From the NCBI RefSeq assembly GCF_009914755.1, contig NC_060927.1: a stretch of DNA of 64,000 bases, one strand, 5' to 3'. The translations under genes were made by a program, and so were the position numbers. The notes under the pieces were generated by a model. The model did not search any database. It was not told the origin of the DNA and saw nothing but the letters and a program-made list of their open reading frames with translations. Source of the stretch: the human T2T-CHM13v2.0 reference genome, Homo sapiens. Below are positions 1 through 12,809 of the stretch, one piece after another (the stretch's first letter is position 1; every line of letters begins with the position of its first letter).

Positions 1-559
1 TGACTCAGCATTTTTCATCATGCCTTGTTTTCCGCTCTTTACTGTATCTGAGAAAAATAGCCCTTTAATAATAAAATATGATAGTTCACACAAACTTAAT
101 AGAATTCTTAGAAATTCCGTATGTCAAAGGTTTGAAGTTCTGTGTTGAAATACCAAAAATATTAGTAAAATCCTATATAGCTAATAGCTTTTTCTAAAAC
201 CCCACAAAAAGATTTCTCTCTTTCCATACTAGAGTCTGCACACATATGCTGTGGTTGGTGGTGTGGTGAGTGGTACTTTTTTTATTGATTGACAGAGTAA
301 ATAGAGTATAAAGCCAAAATAATCCACAGCAGATGACTAAAAGCATGTTAAACTTAGCTAAGAGTAAAGGTACTTGCCATTTTTAAACCTTCCTTTTGCT
401 TCCTCTTTTTTTCTAGTGGTGGTGGAGGGTGTGGCAGGGTAATGTGGATTGCCAAAGCAAGCAAAAGGGAAAGGAAAAACATAGCATACATGAGAAACGT
501 TAGGAAAAGAATTGAACAATATTTCCATTCTGTTACAGAGTTACATCATTATTGACTGA

Positions 560-720
560 TGGAACTGAAAAAACCCTTAGAAACTATCCTTCTTACTCCT
601 TCAGTTTTACAGATGAAAATTGCAAAGTCCGGAGAGGTTATGTGATTTATCCAGGGTCACACAATTATTTAATGAAAGAGTTGAGTTGAGGTCATTTGAT
701 GTCGGTTTGTCCTGCAAAGT
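560..720 (-). mobile_element. MIR SINE fragment
   Basis: Degenerate MIR core: ttttacagatgaaaattgca...gagaggttatgtgatttatccagggtcacaca. Confidence 0.65.
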
Positions 721-1144
721 TCAGCTTGCTTATTATATTCTCTATGACATCTTTTATCAGTTCGCCCAGTCCATTGTGCCCCACCGTACCAGTATTGCCA
801 TAGCACCCTGCATTTCCTGTGCACTATGTGGTGTCATATGTGCCTCTTGTCTGCGTCAGATTTTGAGCTCCATGAGTTCTGCGATTGCACTGTTCATGTG
901 TCAAGGAGGAAGAAGGCAAGAGGGTTATTGACATGTCCTCTTGTGTGGTGAGGATTGCTACACTTTTTCCAAATATAGGCCTCTTTGCCCATCCCTACCT
1001 ATAAATTTCCCAGACAGCTCTTTTGTTCTGTGGTACTTTCATCTTACCTAATATCTAAGACCCAGCCTGTCTCATTGGTAATGCTTTGCTACCGCACCTG
1101 TCATCCTTACCTGTGTCTGCTACTCATGAGTTGACCCAGGGAAG

Positions 1145-1321
1145 GCTATTTAGTCTTGTTGAGGACCAGTTTTCTTTAGTCTGGGTATACAAATGGGTAT
1201 ACAAACAGCTGTATTTTAAGATATTCATTTAGACTATGCAAAAGGGGAAGAAGGAAGTCTTTCTGTGTGTATGCCCATTTCACAGACAAAAGAAAACTGG
1301 TCCTCAACAAGACTAAATAGC
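1145..1321. repeat. Inverted repeat (fold-back) of MIR-core sequence
   Basis: 1145-1183 matches the reverse complement of 1283-1321 at 38/39; inner stem 1191-1208 vs 1263-1280 at 16/18. Confidence 0.95.
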
Positions 1322-1519
1322 TTATCATTTATCATTTTTCTCTTGGGTCCTCATAGAGAGTGGGCTGAACTGGCGAGGCAGTAAATAAAGTGGTCTACTT
1401 GCTTCCTTACAACTTGCTGAGTAGTTTTAGTTGTTGTTGTCATGATTATTGCTGTTTTACTTTTGGTTCCTAAGATTTTTACACTTTTGCTCATCTAGAA
1501 TTTATTATCTAGGATTTCC

Positions 1520-1695
1520 TAATGATAAGATGGATTACACCGATCGATTTTTGAATGTTGAATTCTCTTTGCATACCCGGAATAAATTCCACTTGGTTGT
1601 GGTATATATTTCCTTTTATATCAATACTTTAAAAAATTCATTTGCTAATTTTTGGAGGAATTTTGCAGCTATGTTCATGATAGATATCAGCCTCT
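1520..1695 (-). mobile_element. Old L1M ORF2 fragment
   Basis: ttgcatacccggaataaattccacttgg...ttgctaatttttggaggaattttgcagctatgttcatgatagatat is antisense L1 ORF2, homologous to 15430-15555 in this window. Confidence 0.75.
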
Positions 1696-1699
1696 AATA

Positions 1700-2940
1700 T
1701 CAGCCAACACCATTAAAATTAGACCAGTTAATAATCCTACAATGCCACTAAGTGTTCAAATAAAAGAAAGAGTTGCACATCTCTCATTTTAAATCAACTG
1801 CTAGAAATGATTATTCTTAGTGAGGAGTGTGTGTCACAAACCAAAATAGGATGAAAGCTAGGCCTCTTGTGCCAGACAGTTAGCCAAGTTGTGAATACAA
1901 AGAAAAAGTTCTTAAAGGAAACTGAAAATGCTACTTCAGTAGCAACAAAGCCTGGATGACAGCACATTTGTTTACAGAATGGTTGACTGCATATTTTAAT
2001 TCCACTGTTGAGACCTCCTGCTGAGAAAAAAAAATCCTTTCAAAATAGTATTGCTCATTGACAATGTACCTGTCATCCAAGAGCTCTGATGGAGATGTAC
2101 AAGATTAATGCTGTTTTCATAGCTGCTAACACAACGTGAACACATGAATGATAAGAAAGTGAAAAGTTTTGTTGCTGATATGAAGAAAATTTTAGTGATC
2201 TGGATAGAAGATCAAACCGGCCACAACATTCCCTTATGCCAAAACTTAATCCAGAGCAAGGCCCTAACTGCCTACAATTCTATGAATGTTGAAAGAGATG
2301 AGGAAGCTGTAGAAGAAAACTTTAAAGCAAGCAGACGTTGGTTCATGCAGTTTAAAAAAAGAAGCCATCTCTATAACATAAAAGTTCAAGGTGAAGTAGC
2401 AAGTGCTAATGGAAAGGATGCAACAAGTTATTCAGAAGGTCTAGCTAAGATAATCCATTTTCCAGGTAGACAAAACAGACTTATATTAGAAGATGTCATC
2501 TAAGACTTTCATAGCTAGAGAGGAGAAGTTAATGTCTGGCTTCAAAACTTCAAAGGGTAGGCTGACTCTTGTTGGAGCTATTGCAGCTGGTGACTTTAAG
2601 TTGAAGCCAGTGCTCATTACCATTTTGAAAATCCTAGATCCTTTCTAAGAATTATGCTAAAACTACTCTGCCGACACTCTTTAAATGAAACAACAAAGCC
2701 TGGTGTACAAGATTAATGCTGTTTTCATAGCTGCTTGAAGGCTCAGATGATTATTAACATTTTTAGCAATATGCACTTTTGACACAATGCTACTGAAGAC
2801 TTAATAGATTATGATGTAGTGTAGAGCTAACTATATCTACAGTAAAAAAACATAAAATTCAGTATGACTCACTTCATTGTGATATTCTCTTCATTGAGGT
2901 GGTCTGGAACTGGACCTGCCATATCTCTGATGATCATCTG
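1700..2940 (+). mobile_element. Tigger1 (TcMar-Tigger) DNA transposon, internally deleted and rearranged
   Basis: ORF 2144-2503 (WIEDQTGHNIPL...RRWFMQFKKRS..KVQGE) is the CENP-B-type HTH region of a Tigger transposase; 3' end gtggtctggaac...catctg followed by TA. Confidence 0.92.
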
Positions 2941-3049
2941 TATCTAATTTGTGTTTACCTATTGATGTAAGCAAGTTTGGGTTGTGTTTCCATATGGGCT
3001 TTTCGGTGCCATCTTAATGAGAGGCTTTGTTAGGCAGTTTATATGTGTT

Positions 3050-3130
3050 GTTCATTCAGTCTTCACAAGAGCTTTATGGGTCAGATATTCCTACTAACTT
3101 GTTACAGATGAGGAAACAGAGTGTCAAATA
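3050..3130 (-). mobile_element. MIR fragment
   Basis: ttacagatgaggaaacaga MIR core. Confidence 0.6.
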
Positions 3131-4349
3131 TTGTTTTATAATAAACAGGAAGAGTATTATCCATTGTATAGGTACTTTAAAATAGGTGCTTTAAAATAGT
3201 TCTTGATTGCTTTCCTAATCTCCTTACACATATAGAGACCTATGCTGTGTTAGCTGTATAATCTGAAAGCAAGAGATCATTTGGTAGAAACAAAATGAAA
3301 TGGCTTAATGTTGGCAGGGTGTTAACTTTCAATGCCACTGAAATTCAAATGGTAGTGGTGCCCCTAGTTTTATTACTGGTAAGTAATTTTTAATTAAGTG
3401 TTGATTCCATGCACAGCTGGTTGCATCACACAGACATGCTCCATGCCCTCCTTTGGTTCTGGTTCCCAGGGATAGCAGGCAGGGATTTCCTTGTTCAGCA
3501 GCATGACTGCAGTGGGGTAAATACATCTTGGTTCTTGGTTTTATTTCCACAGCTAAATTACATGTACAGTATCCTGATGAGAGGATATTGGGCTGTCACT
3601 TGCTAAAGAGAGAAGCACAAGTAATTATGTGAACCTTGTTTGGCATTTATAAGCAACCTGGTCAATTCTGAGAAATGAACAAGACAGTAGACACTTCCAT
3701 GAAAGGTGGCTGATTGATAGTCTAGCCAAAATATGATACCTGGTAATTTATGGCAATTTTCTCTAACAGGAGTAGATACTGAATTTGTTTCAAAAATGCC
3801 TCAAGAGTCTATCCTATCAAGGCATTACTACTTTTTGCAAAGCACACACTAGAAGAAAAAAATGCTTCAGATCAGAAAATAAGGAAATTGTGTGTCTCTG
3901 TGTATGCATGCATACACATGCATATGTGTGTGCGTGTTGTAGGGGGAAGGACTTAATTTAGTGAGCTATGGAATTCATGTAGACAGATTGATAAGATTAC
4001 ATCTTATTGCTTTGTGGAGGTTGCAAAATTATTCCCACTGCAGAATTTGTTAAAAGAAAAGGAGAGAGTGATTTAAAGAAATGTATTTGATTTTGATAAG
4101 TAACTCATGGGTAATTCCCTCTACAATATTTTAAACAAATATGCCATTAAAAGCCTGCATCTCAATCTCTTTGCACAACTTCTTTTATCCTATTGCCAAT
4201 TTAAATTATAGAATAGCAATCACCTATTTTAAAATTCTCTCCATCATTTTAACTGTGAAGTCAGAAAAATGGTGCTTATTACTTCACTGAGCTGCTAGCA
4301 TGATGTGAGAGAAGGAGGTATGTTCTTTCCAATAAACATCTGAGAGAAT

Positions 4350-4520
4350 CAGGATATGTTTTAATTCTGTTTCTGCCATAAATTAATGTATAACTTTTGG
4401 AAATCATGTGCCCTCTCAATGTCTAAGTTCCTATGTTTTAAAGTAGAAGCTAAAATACCTATCAAACTTACATTAAAGGGTTGAAATGGTGATAAAGTGA
4501 GATAGTGTATTTGAAATTGT
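4350..4520 (+). mobile_element. MIR fragment
   Basis: Degenerate MIR body ending aatacctatc...gggttg...aagtgagatagtgtat. Confidence 0.5.
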
Positions 4521-5094
4521 AGAGACCTTTTGGATTTTGCCCACTTTGCATTGATGTGGCATAGTTTACAAATATGAATTTTGGTTCTAAAATTTCTAAA
4601 AATTCTTTCTGGATATGGACAAATGATTGACATAGCAGTATGTTCTATGAATACTATGCCTTGCCTTCACCTGCTAAGTTTCCTACATTTTAACACATAG
4701 GCCTGAGCAGTAAGAATATGGTAACATATGTACATATATGTATTGGCAGAGGTGAGGTGAGCTAAATTTGAAGACAGAATGTAGAACAAATAATGTCTTA
4801 GAACTGTGGATGTCACTCATGTAGGATAATATTGCTCTTGACCCACTCATGGTTAGTCAAAGATGGTTCAAGGTTTTTTTTTTTTAATTATCAAAATGAC
4901 TGGATTATAGTGATGGGGGCAGCATAATCACTAATGATAAGAAAACACAGTGGTCCTGCATGTTAAGTTAAAAACACTTTAATTGTATAGACATATAATT
5001 TAGTAAAATCGGTAATTTTGATTTTTGAACAATATTATGTTTTCTAAGCTTTTTTTCCCCCGTCTAGACTGGTAAGAACAGGGTGACCTAGTAC

Positions 5095-5605
5095 TTTGTT
5101 TTGTCGAGATATAATTGACCTGTAATATTCATCCTTTTAAAGTGTACAATTGAGTGCCTTTTATTATACATTGTACAAAAATTATGTATTGTACAAAATT
5201 GTACAAACACCAACTTCCTCTAATTTACTTTTGTAATCCCCAAAGAAACTCCATATCCGCCAGTAGCCACTCCCTGTTCCTCCCCACTCTTTACCTAGCA
5301 ACCACTAATCTACATTTTGTCTTTCTGGATTTGCCTGTTTTGAAAATTTCATATAAATGGAATCATACAACATGTGCCTTTTTGTGTCTGGCTTCTTTCA
5401 CTTAGCAATGTTTTCAAGGTTCATCTATGTTGTATTATGTATCATTAGGTCATTCCTTCTTATGGCTGAATAATTTCTACTGTATAGATATACTATATTT
5501 TGTTTATCCATTCCTCAGTTGATGGACATTTGAATTGTTTTCATTTTTTGGCTATTATGAATAATGCTTTTATAAATACTTGTGTTCAGGATTATGTGTG
5601 AATAC
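5095..5605 (-). mobile_element. L1MB/L1ME-type 3' end (outer host; resumes at about 7730-7879 and 10917-11035)
   Basis: gagatataattgac...aaagtgtacaatt...atttcatataaatggaatcatacaacatgtg...gttgatggacatttg: antisense L1M 3' UTR. Confidence 0.8.
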
Positions 5606-5609
5606 TTTT

Positions 5610-6515
5610 TAAATTTGTAGAGTTCATTTTCTTCGGATTAATTTTTTAGGTTTACAGAAAACTTGAGCTGGCAGTACGGAGTTCTATATATTACCTCTCT
5701 CCACTCACCTGCCACTGTGCACAGTTTCTCCTATTATTAACTTCTTGTATTGGTCTGTTACATTATTTGTAATTCATGAAGCAATATTGAAACAATATTA
5801 TTAACCATAGTCCATAGTTTACATTAGGTTTCATTCTTGGTGCTGTACAGTTCTATGGATTTTGGTCAGATTCATAATATCAGGTATCTAACCTAAATTA
5901 TAATGTAAAGAATAATAATTGTAAGACACTAAAAATCTCCATCTATTCATCCTTCTCTCCATTCCCCCAAACCCCTGGCAATCACTGATCTTTTTACTGT
6001 CTCCATAGTTTTGCCTTTTCCACCATGTCATATAGTTGGAATCATACAGTTTGTAGCATTTTTAGGCTGGCTTCTTTCACTCAGTAGTATGTGTTTAAAA
6101 TTCCTCTATGTCTTTTTCTGGCTTGATAGCTCATTTCCTTTTATCGTCAAATAATATTTCATTGTAACATATTGAAACTATTGAAGGATATCTTGATTAT
6201 TTCAATTTTTGGTAATTATTAATAAAGCTGCTGTAAACATTCTTGTTCAGGTTTTTGTGTGAGAAGAAGTTTTCAAGTCGTCTGGGTTACTTAGGAGTGC
6301 AATTGTTGAATCATATGGTAAGATTATGTGTAGCTTTTTTAAAAAACTGCCAAATGTTCTTCCTTAGTGACTCTATTATTTTGCATTCTTACCAGCAAAG
6401 AATGAATGTTTCTGTTACTCCATATCTCACCAGCATTTGGTGGTGTACATGTTTTAGATTTTAGCCATTCTAATAGGTGTGAGGTAGAATCTTATTATTA
6501 TAGTTTGCAATTCTC
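5610..6515 (-). mobile_element. L1MC/L1MD-type 3' end nested in the older L1 (resumes at about 7650-7730)
   Basis: ttttaggtttacagaaaacttgagc...agtccatagtttacattagg; paralogous to 50270-51560. Confidence 0.8.
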
Positions 6516-7650
6516 GAACTGCAGCAGAGAGGCATGGGAGGGGCTGTACAAGTTATGGAGCCGGTGGGAGCCCCACCCCTTCGGAGTTGGGGCAGGAGCT
6601 CCCGGGTGCCTCTGCAGCTGCCCAAAGTGCAGCTGCAGACGAAGGCTTCCTGCTCTACCAGCAGGCAGGTGCCCTGACCTTCTGGGTGGGGCTGCAGACA
6701 ACCAAACTGCAGTTATGGATGCAGACCTCCCTGTGATCTTGGAGGGGTCCAGGAGCAGGCAAGAACTGCCATCCTGGGTGCAACTGCAGCCACTGGATCC
6801 CAGGCTGAAGACTCCACGGAGCAGGCAGTAGTTGGGGACAAGCAGGCATGTTGCCCCTTCGGGGTTGGCCAGGTGGGAGCTCTCCAGGTGCAGCTGTAGC
6901 CTCAGCATCCTCCCAGTCACAGGACCTAGGCATCTATGCAGCCTCCATCCTTGGGGCCCAGGAAGGACCCCACCCCATTTCTGCAGGGTCCAGGGTGTCT
7001 GCTCCCACTGCCTGGCCTCTCTTCTCTCCCACTGCCATCTCCAAGCGGGAATGGGGCCAAGCAGCTGGGGCCTTGAATGGCAGCTGGAGGCAGAGTCCTG
7101 GGCAGAAGGGGCGGTTCCCCAGTAAGGCCCCACCTTCAGGCCAGGGAGGGCCTGAAGGTTGGGGGCTGGGCTGCCACTCCCCTGGATGGTAGTGGAGACT
7201 GGTGGTGTCTGATCCGGACCACCCATGGACCAATCAGCATGCACTGCCTCCCCTCTGACATCCATAAAAGCCTTGGGCTCAGCCAGAGCAGAGTAGATGA
7301 TAAAGAGACAACAGGATGTCCAACTGCAGAGAGGAGCTACCCTCTCTGCTGATAGCTGGAGACATTGGGAGGACCAGCTGCAGAGAGGAGCTACCCTTTC
7401 TGCTGAGAATCTCAGAGACCTGCAGAGAGGTCTGAATGACCTGCCTGCAGATAGGAGCTACCTTTTCCAGGGCCTCCTCACTGCTGAGAGCGGCAGACAT
7501 TGCATGGACAAGTGAGCAGAGAGGAGCTATCCTCTCCAGGGCCTCCTCTCTGCTGAGAGCTGAACACTTGATGGGAGGACCTGCTTGCCTACAGAGGGAA
7601 GCTACCCACCTTGGGTCTCCTCTGAGCTGTTCTAGCACTAAATAAAGCTA
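6516..7650 (+). mobile_element. MER52-like ERV1 LTR, truncated at both ends
   Basis: GC-rich block with repeated gctgcagc motifs, CCAAT at 7230, CATAAAA at 7263, five GCAGAGAGGAGCTACCC-type units and AATAAA at 7641. Confidence 0.8.
7230..7269 (+). promoter_or_regulatory. LTR core promoter motifs (CCAAT box plus TATA-like CATAAAA)
   Basis: ccaat 7230-7234 and cataaaa 7263-7269 with canonical LTR U3 spacing; activity unknown. Confidence 0.45.
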
Positions 7651-7802
7651 TTTGGTGAGATGTCTGTTCATATATTTTGCCCATGTCTTAGTTTATTATG
7701 TTTGCTTGTTTTCTTGTTAAGGTTTAAATGCACATGTTTTTAATTTGGAGGGGTATATACCTAGGAATGAAATTGCGGAGTCATATGTTAATTCTATGTT
7801 TA

Positions 7803-7946
<144 letters not shown>

Positions 7947-8015
7947 TTATTAGTCTTGCTAGCAGCCTATCAATTTTGTTGATCTTTTCAAAAAACCAGC
8001 TCCTGGATTCATTGA

Positions 8016-10286
<2,271 letters not shown>

Positions 10287-10741
10287 TAGTGTTGGTGGGA
10301 GTGTAAGCTAGTTGAACCATTGTGGAAGTTGGTGAGGCGATTCCTCAGGGATCTAGAACTAGAAATACCATTTGACCCAGCCATCCCATTACTGGGTATA
10401 CTCCCAAAGGATTATAAATCATGGTGCTATAAAGATGCATGCACACGTATGTTTATTGCGGCACTATTCACAATAGCAAAGACTTGGAACCAACCCAAAT
10501 GTCCAACAATGATAGACTAGATTAAGAAAATATGGCACATATACACCATGGAATACTATGCAGCCATAAAAAAGGATGAGTTCGTGTCCTTTGTAGGGAT
10601 GAAGCTGGAAACCATCATTCTCATCAAACTATCGCAAGGACAAAAAAACCAAACACCACATGTTCTCACTCATAGGTGGGAATTGAACAATGAGAACACA
10701 TGGACACAGGAATGGGAACATCACACACCGGGGCCTGTCAT

Positions 10742-10763
10742 GGGGTGGGGGGAGGGGGGAGGG
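10742..10763 (+). other. G-quadruplex motif in L1 3' UTR
   Basis: GGGG-T-GGGGGG-A-GGGGGG-A-GGG. Confidence 0.7.
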
Positions 10764-11444
10764 ATAGCATTAGGAGATATACCTAATGTTAAATGACGAG
10801 TTACTGGGTGCAGCACACCAACATGGCACATGTATACATATGTAACAAACCTGCACGTTGTGCACATGTACCCTAAAACTTAAAGTATAATAATAATAAA
10901 AAAGGAGAAAAAAAAACAAAATACAGAAATTTTGATTTCTCTGAATCATTGTCAACACTTATTATTTTTAGTCTTTCAAATTATAGACATCCTAGTGGCT
11001 GTGATGTGGTATCTCAATGCACTTTTGATTTGCATGTAGTCAGATCATTTTTAAAACTTCATTCTACCAATCAGTGATTTTGTATTGGAGTCTATTTACA
11101 TTTAATGTAACAAACGATAAGATAAGGTTTACATTTGCCATTTTGCAATTTGTTTTCTGTATGTCTATTGCCTTTTTTTCTTATTGTTCTGCATTTCCTC
11201 TTTTACTATCTGCTTTTGTGTTAAATCAGTTTTTCTACAATACTATTTTAATTTCCTTGTCATTTTACTATGTACAGTTTATTTTGTTAATGGTGGCCTT
11301 GAAAATTATAATGAACATACTAACATATAACAATCTACTCAGATCAATAGAAACCTAATTTCAATATTATAAAAAAAATGTGATTCTATATAGCTCCATT
11401 CTCCCTGCCGTCCTTGGTAATATTGTTGCCATACAAATAACATC

Positions 11445-11844
11445 TGTATAAATTATGTTCTTAGGGCTGCTATAACAGGATACAATAGACCAAGTAGCTT
11501 AAACAACAAACATTTATTTCTAAACAAGAAACATTTATTTCTCACAGTTCTAGAGGCTGGAAGTCTGAGTTCAGTGTGAGAACCAAGAACTTAGCATAGT
11601 CAGGTTCTTGGTGAGGGCCCTCTTTCTGGTTATGTCCTCACATGGTAGTCTTTGGTGAGTGCATGCAGAAAGCAAATGATCTCTAGTCTCTTTCTCTTCC
11701 TCTAAGGACACTAATTCCATGATGGAGGTTCCACCCTCATGAACTGATTACCTATTAAAGGCCCTACCTCCTAATACCATTACATTGGGCATTATGGTTT
11801 CAATGTATGAATTTTGCATGGGACACAAACATTTGGTACATATC
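11445..11844 (-). mobile_element. MLT1A-type MaLR LTR
   Basis: gggctgctataac...catttatttctcacagttctagaggctggaagtc...gggacacaaacatt; contains a 21-bp tandem duplication at 11500-11541. Confidence 0.85.
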
Positions 11845-11976
11845 TACTGATCTATACAGATTTATAATTATTGTTTTGTGCACTTTTTATCAGATAGAAA
11901 AAAAGGAAGTGTAAAAACAAGATATCAATTTATATTATCTTTTCTATTTGCGTAGTTACCTTTACTGGTACGTACG

Positions 11977-12328
<352 letters not shown>

Positions 12329-12809
12329 TTAAGTTACTGTCTAGGGACCTTTCATTTCATTCTTAAGGACTTCCTTTGGTATTTCTTGTAGATCACATCT
12401 GCTAGTGACTAGTTCTCTCAGTTTTTGTTTACCTGGTAATGTATCAATTTTTCTTTCATTTTTGAATGATATTTTTGCTGGCTATAAAATTCTTGATTAA
12501 CAGTCATTTTCTTTTAGCTCTTTGAATATTGTATCCCACTACTTTATAGCTTCCATGGGTTCTGATGAGAAATCAGCTATTAACCTTATTGAGGATTCTT
12601 TGTACATAATGAGTTAATACTCTGCTGCTTTTAAGATTTTCTGTCTTCATAGCTGATAGTTGGATTGTGTATGTGTTTGAGTCTTTAAGTTCTTCCTACT
12701 TGGAGTTAGTCAAGGTTCTTGAATGTGTAGGTTAATATTTTCCATCAAATTTGGGAAGTTTTTAGACAGTATTTTTTCCAAATTTTTTCTGTTCTTTTAT
12801 CTTTTCCCA

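Noticed and set aside
2144-2503. Possible domesticated TIGD-like gene
   Set aside because: Short fragment surrounded by stops, frameshifts and deletions; catalytic domain destroyed
3431-3450. p53-like element agacatgctc-catgccc
   Set aside because: Only one complete RRRCWWGYYY half-site; the second is out of register
3535-3626. Acceptor ttttatttccacag with downstream CAA|gtaatt
   Set aside because: Donor is weak and there is no other support
7324-7610. Repeat-spacer pattern superficially like a CRISPR array
   Set aside because: Human LTR-internal diverged repeats with irregular, related spacers and no cas genes
6406-7645. Cluster of overlapping ORFs up to 255 aa
   Set aside because: All lie in the GC-rich MER52 LTR where stops are rare; open in many frames on both strands with no domain
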